Sequence record: NZ_CP072340.1 | From: a plasmid | Strand: one strand, 5' to 3' | Length of the DNA stretch: 64,000 nucleotides | Shown: positions 18,988-28,174 of the stretch, in pieces | Numbering within the stretch: position 1 is the stretch's first letter | Layout of the letters: every line of letters begins with the position of its first letter | The notes under the pieces: model-generated | The model's database searches: none | What the model was told of the DNA's origin: nothing | What the model saw: the letters and a program-made list of their open reading frames with translations, nothing else | Position numbers and translations under genes: made by a program

Positions 18988-19269
18988 AATTCCGAACGCT
19001 ATCCGAACAAGCAGAACACCACCAAACAGCAGAACCAAGAAGATTCCTGCAGGTTCTACGTTGCCATGTCGCATGCCAAACGCAACCTCATTGTAGTCTA
19101 TTCCCTCGCCAGCTGCAATTGGCACAACGTGTCGCACACCCTCAAATTCACCCCATTTATAGACAGTATAGCCTGCCATTTCAAGGAATCAAACGTTTGG
19201 ACACACTTCTCGGGAAACGAAAGACGAACGATTTTTTGGTTGTTTGATACTTTTTTATTATCTTTGTAA
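18988..19269 (+). pseudogene. 3'-terminal remnant of a paralogous UvrD-like helicase/exonuclease gene
   Basis: The DNA from 18988 to about 19180 aligns with 36210-36405, for example ttccgaacgctatccgaacaag and ccatgtcgc.tgccaa. It translates to ERYPNKQNTTKQQNQEDSCRFYVAMSHAKRNLIVVYSL, against ERYPNKRNTTERQNQEDARKFYVAMSRAKHRLIVAYSL in the intact gene. No upstream gene body. Confidence 0.75.
19259..19266 (+). promoter_or_regulatory. -7 element TATCTTTG for the SDR gene
   Basis: TAnnTTTG about 60 bp upstream of the ATG at 19326. Confidence 0.4.
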
Positions 19270-19325
19270 AACAACGACTTACAGATTGAAAGCTGACAAA
19301 CAAGTAACAAATCAATTTTTGGACT

Positions 19326-20054
19326 ATGAAAAGAGCTATTGTAATGGGTGCCAGCAGTGGCATCGGGCATGAGGTGGCAAGGCTTCTTATCATGCAAGGG
19401 TGGACGGTTGGAGTGGCAGCACGCCGCAAGGAGAAGTTGGAAGACCTGAAGGACTGTGCGCCCGGACGCGTCTTCACAGCGCAGATTGATGTAACCAACG
19501 AGAAGGCAGACGAGGCACTCTCCCAGCTCGCAGACCAGATAGGAGGGTTCGATCTTTATTTCCATGCAGCAGGAATTGGGTGGAAGAATCCGACTTTAGA
19601 GCCTGAAAAGGAGATGAAGACAATGCAAACCAATGGACTCGGATTCGTACGAATGGTGAGCGAGGCCTATCGTTATCTTGCCAAGCATGGTGGCGGACAT
19701 ATTGTCTGCATCACTTCCGTGGCAGGCACAAAAGGCATAGGGGCCATTCCTGCCTATAGTGCTACGAAAGCAATGCAGAACACCTACCTGCAAGCCTTGG
19801 AACAGTTGGCAGCCAATAATCATCTTAACATTCGCTTCACGGACATTCGCCCCGGTTTCGTAGATACTCCGTTATTGCCCGATTCCTCTCATTTCCCCAT
19901 GCTGATGAAGACTGAGGATGTAGCGAACAGCATTATGAAAGCCATAGAGAGGAAGCGCCACGTCTGCATAATCGATGGTCGCTGGTGTGTCTTCACAGCC
20001 ATGTGGCGACGTATTCCGAACTGGATTTGGAGGCGAATGAAACTGAAAGAATAA
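19326..20054 (+). CDS. SDR-family oxidoreductase
   Basis: N-terminal GASSGIG Rossmann motif and the YSATK catalytic motif. Confidence 0.8.
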   Translation: MKRAIVMGASSGIGHEVARLLIMQGWTVGVAARRKEKLEDLKDCAPGRVFTAQIDVTNEKADEALSQLADQIGGFDLYFHAAGIGWKNPTLEPEKEMKTMQTNGLGFVRMVSEAYRYLAKHGGGHIVCITSVAGTKGIGAIPAYSATKAMQNTYLQALEQLAANNHLNIRFTDIRPGFVDTPLLPDSSHFPMLMKTEDVANSIMKAIERKRHVCIIDGRWCVFTAMWRRIPNWIWRRMKLKE

Positions 20055-20174
20055 CTACATGCTTCGTATGCAGTTTCACAAAAAAGCAAGATTACACAAG
20101 AACTATGGTATTTCAGAGTTCTCAGATGACCTTATACTAACATGTGGAAACGACTTTTGGATAAAATTTTTCGG

Positions 20175-20182
20175 TAACTTTG
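20175..20182 (+). promoter_or_regulatory. -7 element TAACTTTG for the CDF transporter gene
   Basis: TAnnTTTG 37 bp upstream of the ATG at 20219. Confidence 0.4.
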
Positions 20183-20218
20183 CAACGCAAAACGAACCGA
20201 ATTACTTAACAGACAGAG

Positions 20219-21157
20219 ATGGAGCAAGAGAAAAACAAGGGTGGAATGATGAGTGTTATTGCCGCTTTGGGTGCTAATGTGCTGGTGGCAATATCTAAGT
20301 TTATAGGTTTTGCGGCGTCGGGTTCGGCTGCCATGCTGAACGAATCGATACACAGTATAGTAGATTGTGGCAACGAAATACTTCTGCTTGTGGGCAATAA
20401 GCAAGCTGAAGCGAGGGTGTCCGACAAGCATCCGTTCGGTCAGGCTCGTGCAAAATACTTTTACAGTATGGTAGTTGCCATGATGTTGTTCTTTGCCGGT
20501 GGTGCATTGGGAATCATGGAAGCTGCCGAAAAGTTGTTCCACCCCGAGCACAGTGTAGAAAACATGTGGCTTGTAATGGGGATATTGGTGTTCGGACTGA
20601 TTGTAGAAACTGTGAGCTTGCGTGTTGCGTTAAAGGAAATAGAAGCACTTAACAAGGAGAACTTGTCGCTTTTCAAATTTCTGCGAGAAAGCCGCCACAG
20701 CGAAATTCTTATAATTTTTGCTGAAGATAGTTGTGCCGTTGTGGGCTTGCTGATAGCTTTTGGTGGCACGTTGCTTAGCCATTTCACCAATAATCCGTTC
20801 TACGATGCCCTGTCTGGTGTGTTAATTGGATTGTTGCTTTGCGGTGCAGCCCTCTTTTTGGCACGCGAGTTTTACAGTCTGCTTATTGGCGAAAGCGTTA
20901 CAACAAAAGACTTGGTGCGTATAAAGTCAGCTTTCAATCGTGCCGAAGTAAGTAGGTTGATTAATGTAAAGACCATACATTTAAGTCCTACAGACATATT
21001 GGTTACGGCGAAAATAGATCTAAAACCCGAGTTCGAGGCGCAGTCGTCTGCCATAGTTAACGACATTGAACGGAAGATGCGAGCCGATTTTGCCAATTAC
21101 AACATATTCATATATATAGAAATAGACGAATATAAAGACGGTTACAAACGTTCTTGA
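20219..21157 (+). CDS. cation diffusion facilitator (CDF) family metal-efflux transporter
   Basis: TM core with SIHSIVDCGNE and the HxxxD region, plus a C-terminal cytoplasmic domain. 312 aa. Confidence 0.75.
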   Translation: MEQEKNKGGMMSVIAALGANVLVAISKFIGFAASGSAAMLNESIHSIVDCGNEILLLVGNKQAEARVSDKHPFGQARAKYFYSMVVAMMLFFAGGALGIMEAAEKLFHPEHSVENMWLVMGILVFGLIVETVSLRVALKEIEALNKENLSLFKFLRESRHSEILIIFAEDSCAVVGLLIAFGGTLLSHFTNNPFYDALSGVLIGLLLCGAALFLAREFYSLLIGESVTTKDLVRIKSAFNRAEVSRLINVKTIHLSPTDILVTAKIDLKPEFEAQSSAIVNDIERKMRADFANYNIFIYIEIDEYKDGYKRS

Positions 21158-21301
21158 TGGGGTGGGCAAGCCCAATAATTCCTCTATGTGTTCTATGAAA
21201 TTTAGGCTTTATAGGAGAATTAGTAACTTTAGGCTTCATAAATTGCGAGTGTCCCTTCATAAAAACACATTGAATGCCACGTGCACTGACCATCAAAAAC
21301 A

Positions 21302-21335
21302 AAAAAAAGTCGCCTTGATTAAGACGACTTTTCAT
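21302..21335 (-). terminator. terminator after tRNA-fMet (minus strand)
   Basis: Minus-strand hairpin aagtcgtc-ttaatcaa-ggcgactt followed by a T8 run. Confidence 0.55.
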
Positions 21336-21343
21336 TTCTGTTG

Positions 21344-21416
21344 TTGCGGGTGCAGGACTCGAACATGCGACCTCCAGGTTATGAGCCTGGCGAGCTACCA
21401 ACTGCTCCAACCCGCG
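21344..21416 (-). tRNA. initiator tRNA-fMet (anticodon CAT)
   Basis: Minus-strand sequence CGCGGGTTGGAGCAGTTGGTAGCTCGCCAGGCTCATAACCTGGAGGTCGCATGTTCGAGTCCTGCACCCGCAA is near-identical to E. coli tRNA-fMet. It has the C1:A72 mismatch typical of bacterial initiators. CCA is not encoded. Confidence 0.85.
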
Positions 21417-21736
21417 ATATTAACCGTTTGCAATTATAAAATAAGTTTCGTTTACTCGTTCCTGAATTGCGAGTGCAAAGGTAGATATTTATTTTTAGAT
21501 ACGCAAGACATTCGGATAATATTACTGATAAATCGGTTCATTTTAACATAAGTAAACATTATACCTGATAAAAAAGTAGAGAAGTGCGTATAAATTAATT
21601 TTGCAGACTAAATAAAATCCATTACCTTTGTTGTCTGTTCTGCCTGTTGCACATTGTGCGAGGGCAGAACCGAGATGAAACAATTAATATAAAGGTGTAG
21701 TGGAAACACTATGCCGCAACTTAAACAAGATAATAC

Positions 21737-22495
21737 ATGGAAAAGAAAATCGTAATGGTTACGGGTGCAACGAGTGGCATTGGAGAAGCATGTGCACGCA
21801 AGTTTGCAAGTGGTGGATACAATGTCATCATTACCGGACGCAGGGGAGAGAAGCTCGATGCGCTAAGACAAGAGCTTGAAAGCATGGGTGCAGAAGTGCT
21901 GGCAATGCAGTTTGATGTGCGCGAACGCGAATCTGCACGAAAGGCAGTAGACTTTCTGAAGGGTAAATGGGCTAAGATAGATGTTCTGATAAACAATGCC
22001 GGACTTGCATTGGGCTTGGACAAAGAGTATGAAGGCGACTTCAATGACTGGGACACCATGATAGATACCAACATTAAAGGATTGCTGAACATGACTCGTT
22101 TTGTAGTTCCAGGTATGGTGGAACGCAACGAGGGACACGTTATTAATATTGGTTCGGTGGCTGGCGATGCGGCTTATGCAAACGGAAATGTGTATTGTGC
22201 TACGAAGGCGGCAGTAAAAGCTTTGTCGGACGGACTGCGTATTGATGTTGCAGAAAGTGATGTGCGTGTAACAAACTTGAAGCCGGGACTGGTTCAAACC
22301 AACTTCTCTAATGTGCGTTTCCATGGCGACGACGCTCGTGCAGAAAGTGTTTACAAAGGAGTGAAGCCACTGACGGGCGACGATATTGCCGATGTTGCTT
22401 TCTATGCAGCCAGTGCTCCGGCTCATGTCCAGATAGCTGAGGTGCTGATTTTGGCGACACATCAAGCCAATGGCTCGGTGATTGCAAGAAAGTAA
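21737..22495 (+). CDS. NADP-dependent SDR oxidoreductase (YdfG-like 3-hydroxy acid / serine dehydrogenase)
   Basis: TGATSGIG motif, NNAG, YCATK. 252 aa. Confidence 0.8.
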   Translation: MEKKIVMVTGATSGIGEACARKFASGGYNVIITGRRGEKLDALRQELESMGAEVLAMQFDVRERESARKAVDFLKGKWAKIDVLINNAGLALGLDKEYEGDFNDWDTMIDTNIKGLLNMTRFVVPGMVERNEGHVINIGSVAGDAAYANGNVYCATKAAVKALSDGLRIDVAESDVRVTNLKPGLVQTNFSNVRFHGDDARAESVYKGVKPLTGDDIADVAFYAASAPAHVQIAEVLILATHQANGSVIARK

Positions 22496-22595
22496 GGCAA
22501 ATATTATAAGACCTTTTGGGGAAAACAAAAAAGCGAAACATGCGATTGTGGTTGTTGCAACTGCACGGTGTTTCGCTTATTCATATCTGTAATTA

Positions 22596-22853
22596 CTACC
22601 TTTTCAGCTTCGCTTTCAATCGTTTGTAGCCGTCTACACCCAAAATAGCAAGTCCGCTGTATTGCAGTGCCTTAGCCAATCCGAAGAATGTTGCCCACAA
22701 AATACCTTTTGCAGCTACGGAAATGGGAAGGATAGCCTGTGCAAACGATGTGATATAGCACAACACACACATGGAAAGAACGATGACTCCGGTGCGGAAC
22801 GACAGCTGTTGAAGCCATGCTATAAAGCGTTTCAATAGGGGAGGAGTAGTCAT
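22596..22853 (-). CDS. small hypothetical membrane protein
   Basis: Two or three predicted TM helices. Start moved to the internal Met to avoid overlap with the RluA-family gene. Confidence 0.4.
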   Translation of the reverse strand: MTTPPLLKRFIAWLQQLSFRTGVIVLSMCVLCYITSFAQAILPISVAAKGILWATFFGLAKALQYSGLAILGVDGYKRLKAKLKR

Positions 22854-22864
22854 TTGTGTGGGTG

Positions 22865-23530
22865 TTATCTGAAGTCGTCCCATACCTTTTCGGCAGGTAG
22901 AGGTGATGTTACAACTATTTTCTCTTTACTTACGGGGTGTATGAACTCAACCTTGTGGCTCAGCAGCGATATGCTTCCATCGGGGTTGGAGCGGCGTGCA
23001 CCATATTTCAAGTCGCCTTTAACGGGGCAACCAATGGCTGCAAGCTGGCAACGTATCTGGTGGTGTCGCCCAGTAAGCAAATTTATTTCGAGCAAAGTGT
23101 AACGTTCGGTGTGTCCTATGGTTTTGTATTTCAGTATGGCTTGCTTTGCGTTCGGCACATCGTGGTCGTACGCGTAGCTTTTGTTCTGCTTCTCGTTTCG
23201 TACCAACCAGTTGGTTAGTGTGGCTTCCGGTACATCGGGAGCCGTCTGAACCATTGCCCAATATGTTTTCTTCACTTCGCCATTTCGGAACATATCGTTG
23301 AGTCGGGAGAGCGCTTTCGATGTCTTCGCAAAGACAACTAACCCAGAAACGGGACGGTCTAAGCGGTGCACAACACCCAGAAACACATTTCCAGGCTTGG
23401 CATATTTCTCTTTAATCCACGCTTTAATAGTCTCCGAGAGAGGCTTGTCGCCCGTCTTGTCGCCTTGTATTATCTCTCCACTTTGCTTGTAGACGACAAT
23501 AATGTGGTTGTCTTCGTAAAGAACTTGCAT
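22865..23530 (-). CDS. RluA-family pseudouridine synthase
   Basis: Catalytic HRLDRPVSG motif. 221 aa. Confidence 0.8.
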   Translation of the reverse strand: MQVLYEDNHIIVVYKQSGEIIQGDKTGDKPLSETIKAWIKEKYAKPGNVFLGVVHRLDRPVSGLVVFAKTSKALSRLNDMFRNGEVKKTYWAMVQTAPDVPEATLTNWLVRNEKQNKSYAYDHDVPNAKQAILKYKTIGHTERYTLLEINLLTGRHHQIRCQLAAIGCPVKGDLKYGARRSNPDGSISLLSHKVEFIHPVSKEKIVVTSPLPAEKVWDDFR

Positions 23531-23595
23531 CGTTTAAAAAGTTCTATCGCCCCTTTACCCATAAGAGCAAGGGGGATAGATATTAGAAAGGAATA

Positions 23596-24342
23596 TTACA
23601 TATTCATACCGCCATCGACCTGAATGACCTGTCCAGAGACGTAGCTTGAGAGGTCAGATGCAAGGTATAGCGCAGTATTTGCTATGTCTTCGGTAGTGCC
23701 TCCGCGTCGCAATGGTATCTTGGAAGTCCATTCCTTGCGGATTTCTTCAGAAAGCTGCTGTGTCATGGCAGTGTCAATGAAGCCCGGAGCAATGGCATTG
23801 GCGCGCACGCCCTTTGGTCCCATCTCCTGAGCCACGCTCTTTGCGAGTGCAATCATGCCCGCCTTAGAAGCCGCATAGTTTGCCTGACCCGCATTGCCGT
23901 GTACTCCCACAACGCTTGCCATGTTGATTATGCTGCCATTGCGTTGGCGCATCATGACCGGAACGCACGCATGTATGAAGTTGAATGCACTTTTTAGATT
24001 GACACCAATGACGGCGTCCCACTGTGCTTCAGACATACGGAGCATTAATCCGTCCTTGGTTATACCGGCGTTGTTTACCAAAATGTCTACGCTTCCGAAC
24101 TCTTCTTTCACTTGTTTCACTACTTCTTCAGACTGAGCGAAGTCAGCTGCGTTGCTGGCATAGCCTTTACACTTTACTCCGAGTGCCGAAATTTCAGCCT
24201 CAGTTGCCTTTCCGTTCTCGTCGATAACGAGGTCGGTGAATGCAATATTGGCACCTTCGCTTGCAAATTTTATCGCAATTGCTTTGCCTATTCCGCGTGC
24301 TGCCCCTGTAATGAGGGCTGTCTTACCCGTTAATAATCCCAT
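23596..24342 (-). CDS. fabG: 3-oxoacyl-[acyl-carrier-protein] reductase
   Basis: TGAARGIG, NNAG, YAASKAG, and overall FabG-like length and ending (...VDGGMNM). Confidence 0.85.
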   Translation of the reverse strand: MGLLTGKTALITGAARGIGKAIAIKFASEGANIAFTDLVIDENGKATEAEISALGVKCKGYASNAADFAQSEEVVKQVKEEFGSVDILVNNAGITKDGLMLRMSEAQWDAVIGVNLKSAFNFIHACVPVMMRQRNGSIINMASVVGVHGNAGQANYAASKAGMIALAKSVAQEMGPKGVRANAIAPGFIDTAMTQQLSEEIRKEWTSKIPLRRGGTTEDIANTALYLASDLSSYVSGQVIQVDGGMNM

Positions 24343-24466
24343 AATCTGTTTCTATTTATGTTTTTAATATCTACGTTTTTGGCAGGTTTGGTATCTTAAT
24401 GATGTACGTTCCGTAACCTTAAACGATACGAATTGCACCTACGTATAATAGGTATTGAACTGCTTT

Positions 24467-25084
24467 TTAATAGGTATTGCAGTCTGTCTTGCCTTTTCCC
24501 ATTTTGTTTCCGAGTGCTCCGTACACTACTTTTGCTACGAGCGGACGGCTGCTTTCTTCGGTTAAGCCGTGCCCAAGTCGCCCATAAATGAAGGGAACTT
24601 CCAGTCCTTTAATACAATAATGGGTTATATCGGCAACCAAATCTACGTTGTCAATGTCGAAATCGCCATCGTTCTTTGCTTCCGTATATACCTTTCTGAA
24701 GAGTTCTATCTCGTCTTCGTCGAAGTTTTTGCGCACCTTTTCCACCATCCAGATGTTTCGAAAGAACTCTGCCCTGAGGTTTCCGTTCCTCATAACAGTT
24801 TCCTTAATCATGCTGAGGTGGGTGTAAATAAGTTCTATAATCTTGTCGTGAGGTGGTATTCGCTTCGATGCCACTTCGTCCAACTTGTCCGACAGGCGTT
24901 CCAGTTCGGCTTCTATAACGGCATAGTACACGTCTTCCTTACTCTTAAAATAGGTGTACAGCGTACGGCGCCCCTTGCCCGAGGCTTCCGCAATGTCGTT
25001 CATTGTTGTGTTTGCAATACCTTTCTTGGCAAAAATCTGCCTTGCTACGTCTACAAACATCTGTCTTGTCTTCGAAATAGACAT
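24467..25084 (-). CDS. TetR/AcrR-family transcriptional regulator
   Basis: N-terminal HTH: GIANTTMNDIAEASGKGRRTLYTYF. Confidence 0.8.
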   Translation of the reverse strand: MSISKTRQMFVDVARQIFAKKGIANTTMNDIAEASGKGRRTLYTYFKSKEDVYYAVIEAELERLSDKLDEVASKRIPPHDKIIELIYTHLSMIKETVMRNGNLRAEFFRNIWMVEKVRKNFDEDEIELFRKVYTEAKNDGDFDIDNVDLVADITHYCIKGLEVPFIYGRLGHGLTEESSRPLVAKVVYGALGNKMGKGKTDCNTY

Positions 25085-25143
25085 TTCTTTTTCTCCTTAA
25101 ATTCTTCCTTATATTGCGCTGAAATGCCGACCATTCACGTCAT

Positions 25144-25172
25144 TGCACAATATTTTTATTGTGTGCAAAAGT
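25144..25172. promoter_or_regulatory. imperfect palindrome TTGCACAATAtttttATTGTGTGCAA overlapping a minus-strand -7 element (TACTTTTG); putative TetR operator/promoter
   Basis: Inverted repeat immediately upstream of the TetR gene on the minus strand. The -7 match is the reverse complement of caaaagta at 25165-25172. Confidence 0.4.
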
Positions 25173-25352
25173 AGAGAAAAAAAACTAATTCTACAAGTAA
25201 TTGCGTAAAAATACATATTTTTTAGTATTCTGTTCACATTCAGATACATTATGATATAAAGGATATGGAGTGTTGCGAACGGTGCTCTGATAACTGAAAA
25301 TACTATGGAACAAGTGCCACAGCATGGTTGTTGCCTGACGGTCCGTACACTT

Positions 25353-26114
25353 CTACACATCTGTTTCCAAACCATCGTAGGCGAAGAAGATGTTTTCCGG
25401 CAGACGTTGTTGTGCTTCTTCATGCAAGCCAATCTCGTGTGTGAGATGCGTTAAGTAGGTTCGCTTGGCATTGATGGCACGGCTAAATGCTATGGCATCG
25501 GCTATCAGCTGGTGCGAATGGTGCTCTTTTTTCCAACGCAAGGCATTCACCACGAGCGTATCTACGCCTTCAAGATAAGGCAATTCCGTGGCATTGATGG
25601 TCTTCATGTCGGTAATGTAGGCAAAGTTTCCGATGCGATAGCCCATGATGGGCATCTCTCCGTGCATCACTTCGACGGGTGTAACCGTGCAATCGCCTAT
25701 CGGGAACGCCTTGTGAGGTACGACAGTGTGCAGGTTTAGCTTGGGGACACCCGGATAAAGATGCTCTTTGAAACAATAGGGAAAGTTGTGGCGCAGCCCC
25801 TTGCAGGTGTCTTTGTCGGCATAGATTTCCAAGTCGGACAGCCAGCTGAAGGGTCGCAGGTCGTCGATACCCCCTACATGGTCGTAGTGAATGTGCGTTA
25901 TCAGAATGCCATCAATCTTTTTGTAAGGCACAGGAAGTATCTGCTGGCGGAAATCGGGACCGCAATCTATCAGTATGCGTGTGGTTTCGGTCTCAAGCAG
26001 TGCCGACGTGCGCAGTCTTTTATCCTTGGGATTGGTGCTTTGGCACACCTTGCATGTACAGCCAATGACGGGTACTCCGTTAGAAGTTCCGGTACCTAAA
26101 AAGCGTAGTCTCAT
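25353..26114 (-). CDS. MBL-fold metallo-hydrolase (PhnP-like)
   Basis: LGTGTSNGVP and the HxHxDH motif (THIHYDHVGG). Confidence 0.75.
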   Translation of the reverse strand: MRLRFLGTGTSNGVPVIGCTCKVCQSTNPKDKRLRTSALLETETTRILIDCGPDFRQQILPVPYKKIDGILITHIHYDHVGGIDDLRPFSWLSDLEIYADKDTCKGLRHNFPYCFKEHLYPGVPKLNLHTVVPHKAFPIGDCTVTPVEVMHGEMPIMGYRIGNFAYITDMKTINATELPYLEGVDTLVVNALRWKKEHHSHQLIADAIAFSRAINAKRTYLTHLTHEIGLHEEAQQRLPENIFFAYDGLETDV

Positions 26115-26123
26115 AGTTTTTGT

Positions 26124-27128
26124 TTAGCGAATGTTCACCTCCGGGTTTATGTCGATGCCGAATTTCTGCCTTACGTCGTGCTGAATGGTTTCGCAAAGAT
26201 GCACCACCTCGCTGCCCGTTGCGCCGCCGCGGTTCACCAATACCAATGCCTGCTTGTCGTGAACGGCAGCTCTACCCAATGCTTTTCCTTTCCAACCGCA
26301 TTGTTCTATGAGCCAACCTGCTGGTATCTTTTCGTGTTCGCTGTCGATGGTATAGTGGGGCATACCCTCGTATTGCCGTACCAACTCGTTGTATTTTTGT
26401 GTTGGAACCACTGGATTCATGAAGAAGCTACCAGCATTGCCCAATACTTTCGGGTCGGGCAACTTGGCGTTTCTTATCTCAATAATGGTCTCACGAAGTT
26501 GCATTGCCGTGGGGTTGCCTATTCCCTTTGCTGCCAATGCCGCACGAATGTTGCCATAATCCAACTTCGGAGCGTAGGTCTTAGAGAGCTTGTAGGTAAC
26601 GGCAGTAATCAGGAAGCGGTCTCTCCACGCATGTTTGAACTTGCTTTGCCGATAGCTATAGGCGCATTCAGCGTTCATGAAGCGGCAAATGCGCCCCGTT
26701 TCAATCTCTACAGCCTCCACAGAGTCTATCAAGTCCTTCGCTTCAACGCCGTATGCGCCAATGTTCTGCACGGCACTGGCACCTACTTCGCCGGGTATGA
26801 CAGACAAGTTCTCGGCTCCGTACAGTCCGTTTGCCACACAATAAGCCACGACATCGTCCCAGACGTAGCCCGAACCGCAGCGAATGTGGCACTCGTCGGT
26901 CTGTTCGAGAAAGCGAATACCCGAGTGCAACACCGTTCCATCGTAGTCGCCGGTCAGCAAAAGGTTGCTTCCTCCACCCAAAATCAGTAGCGGACGGTCG
27001 GTTTCGGTAAGCATTCCAACCACCGCCTGCGCCTCTTCCACCGAGCCATACTCCATAAACCGTTTGCATTTCGCATCAATTCCGAACGTGTTATGCCTGA
27101 GCAGGCTGTAGTCTTTCTCGTCTGTCAT
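26124..27128 (-). CDS. murB: UDP-N-acetylenolpyruvoylglucosamine reductase
   Basis: FAD-binding N-terminus (ILGGGSNLL) and the MurB C-terminal domain. 334 aa. Confidence 0.85.
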   Translation of the reverse strand: MTDEKDYSLLRHNTFGIDAKCKRFMEYGSVEEAQAVVGMLTETDRPLLILGGGSNLLLTGDYDGTVLHSGIRFLEQTDECHIRCGSGYVWDDVVAYCVANGLYGAENLSVIPGEVGASAVQNIGAYGVEAKDLIDSVEAVEIETGRICRFMNAECAYSYRQSKFKHAWRDRFLITAVTYKLSKTYAPKLDYGNIRAALAAKGIGNPTAMQLRETIIEIRNAKLPDPKVLGNAGSFFMNPVVPTQKYNELVRQYEGMPHYTIDSEHEKIPAGWLIEQCGWKGKALGRAAVHDKQALVLVNRGGATGSEVVHLCETIQHDVRQKFGIDINPEVNIR

Positions 27129-27157
27129 CGTCTCATTCAGCTTGTCTCGTTTTCTTT

Positions 27158-28012
27158 TTAGTAGGCAATAATGCGTTCCAAGCGCCAGTTCTTGCCTCGT
27201 TTTCTAAACTCTAACTGTGTTTCAATGCCATTGGAGAGTCCTCGGAACACAAGAATTTTTTTCTTGCTCTCCCCATATTTCTGTCCGTAAAGAATGTTAT
27301 AGATGTTGTTCTTCGGCACTTCTGGCAGATACGTGCTCCATTCCGATGCTGGAATAGTAGTGTTTACCTTGTTCGTAGTTTCTCCGTTAGGGTCTATGCC
27401 AACGTATGGCAGTGGGTCTTTTATGCTTCCTCGTCCGTCGTTGGCAAGGAATTTGCTCAAGAAATCAAGGAACGAGGCGTTGTATTTCTGTGCAAATCCG
27501 ATGTTGTTTATCTTGTTCATCTTCCATTTGCCGTCCTGATGGTCGAAGCAATATTGCTCTACCAGTCGTTGGTTCAGGTTTATTTTCTCCACAATCACCG
27601 TGTCGAGCTTGGTCGATTTGGCATATTCTGCCTGACCTGTGTTGTCAAAAATCAGCGTGTAATAGCCTTTCGGACGGAAGAAGTAGTCCATTTTCCACTG
27701 ATTGCGCGCTATCTGCTTCGTAACTTTTCCGTTGGTTTCAACGGGCAATGGGAACACAATGCGCTTGCGTTGCAGCTTTTTGTTGGCAATGAAGTTGAAG
27801 AAAAAGTCGTCGAAAAGTTGGTCGGCAGCTTTTGGCATTGGTGTTTCTGCAATAATTTCTGTTGCCGAATCCACGTTGCTGGTGGTGTCTGTCGTGTCTG
27901 TTACAGCTGTTTTTGTAGAGTCTGCCGGCTCTACTTTCTTTTTGTTACAACCTGTTGTGACGCATACCATGGCTGCGCACAAGGCAACAACGAGTAAAAT
28001 TGCTTTTCTCAT
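27158..28012 (-). CDS. hypothetical lipoprotein
   Basis: Signal peptide with lipobox (VTTGC). No recognised catalytic motif. Confidence 0.55.
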   Translation of the reverse strand: MRKAILLVVALCAAMVCVTTGCNKKKVEPADSTKTAVTDTTDTTSNVDSATEIIAETPMPKAADQLFDDFFFNFIANKKLQRKRIVFPLPVETNGKVTKQIARNQWKMDYFFRPKGYYTLIFDNTGQAEYAKSTKLDTVIVEKINLNQRLVEQYCFDHQDGKWKMNKINNIGFAQKYNASFLDFLSKFLANDGRGSIKDPLPYVGIDPNGETTNKVNTTIPASEWSTYLPEVPKNNIYNILYGQKYGESKKKILVFRGLSNGIETQLEFRKRGKNWRLERIIAY

Positions 28013-28147
28013 ATTTTCTAATTATATTCTCAAATTCTTTTTTATGGCTTCTAAAACCGCTGCAAATGTACTACTTTTATTTTATAATAAGCTTGTAAGA
28101 ACCAATATTTTTCTATCCCAGTGCTTCTCTTTTCAGATTATAAATTG

Positions 28148-28155
28148 TACCTTTG
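28148..28155 (+). promoter_or_regulatory. -7 element TACCTTTG for pheS
   Basis: TAnnTTTG 20 bp upstream of the ATG at 28175. Confidence 0.5.
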
Positions 28156-28174
28156 CACGAAAATTACAAGTGTT

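Noticed and set aside
18883-19179. 98-aa minus-strand ORF resembling the 36025..36441 ORF
   Set aside because: Both are antisense readings of homologous helicase 3'-end DNA. The similarity reflects the DNA duplication, not a protein family.
21108-21410. 100-aa minus-strand ORF
   Set aside because: It overlaps the initiator tRNA-fMet gene and its terminator, and is spurious.
26178-27069. Long antisense ORFs inside murB (26178..26990 +, 26743..27069 -)
   Set aside because: They overlap the conserved murB frame. These are typical GC-rich antisense artefacts.
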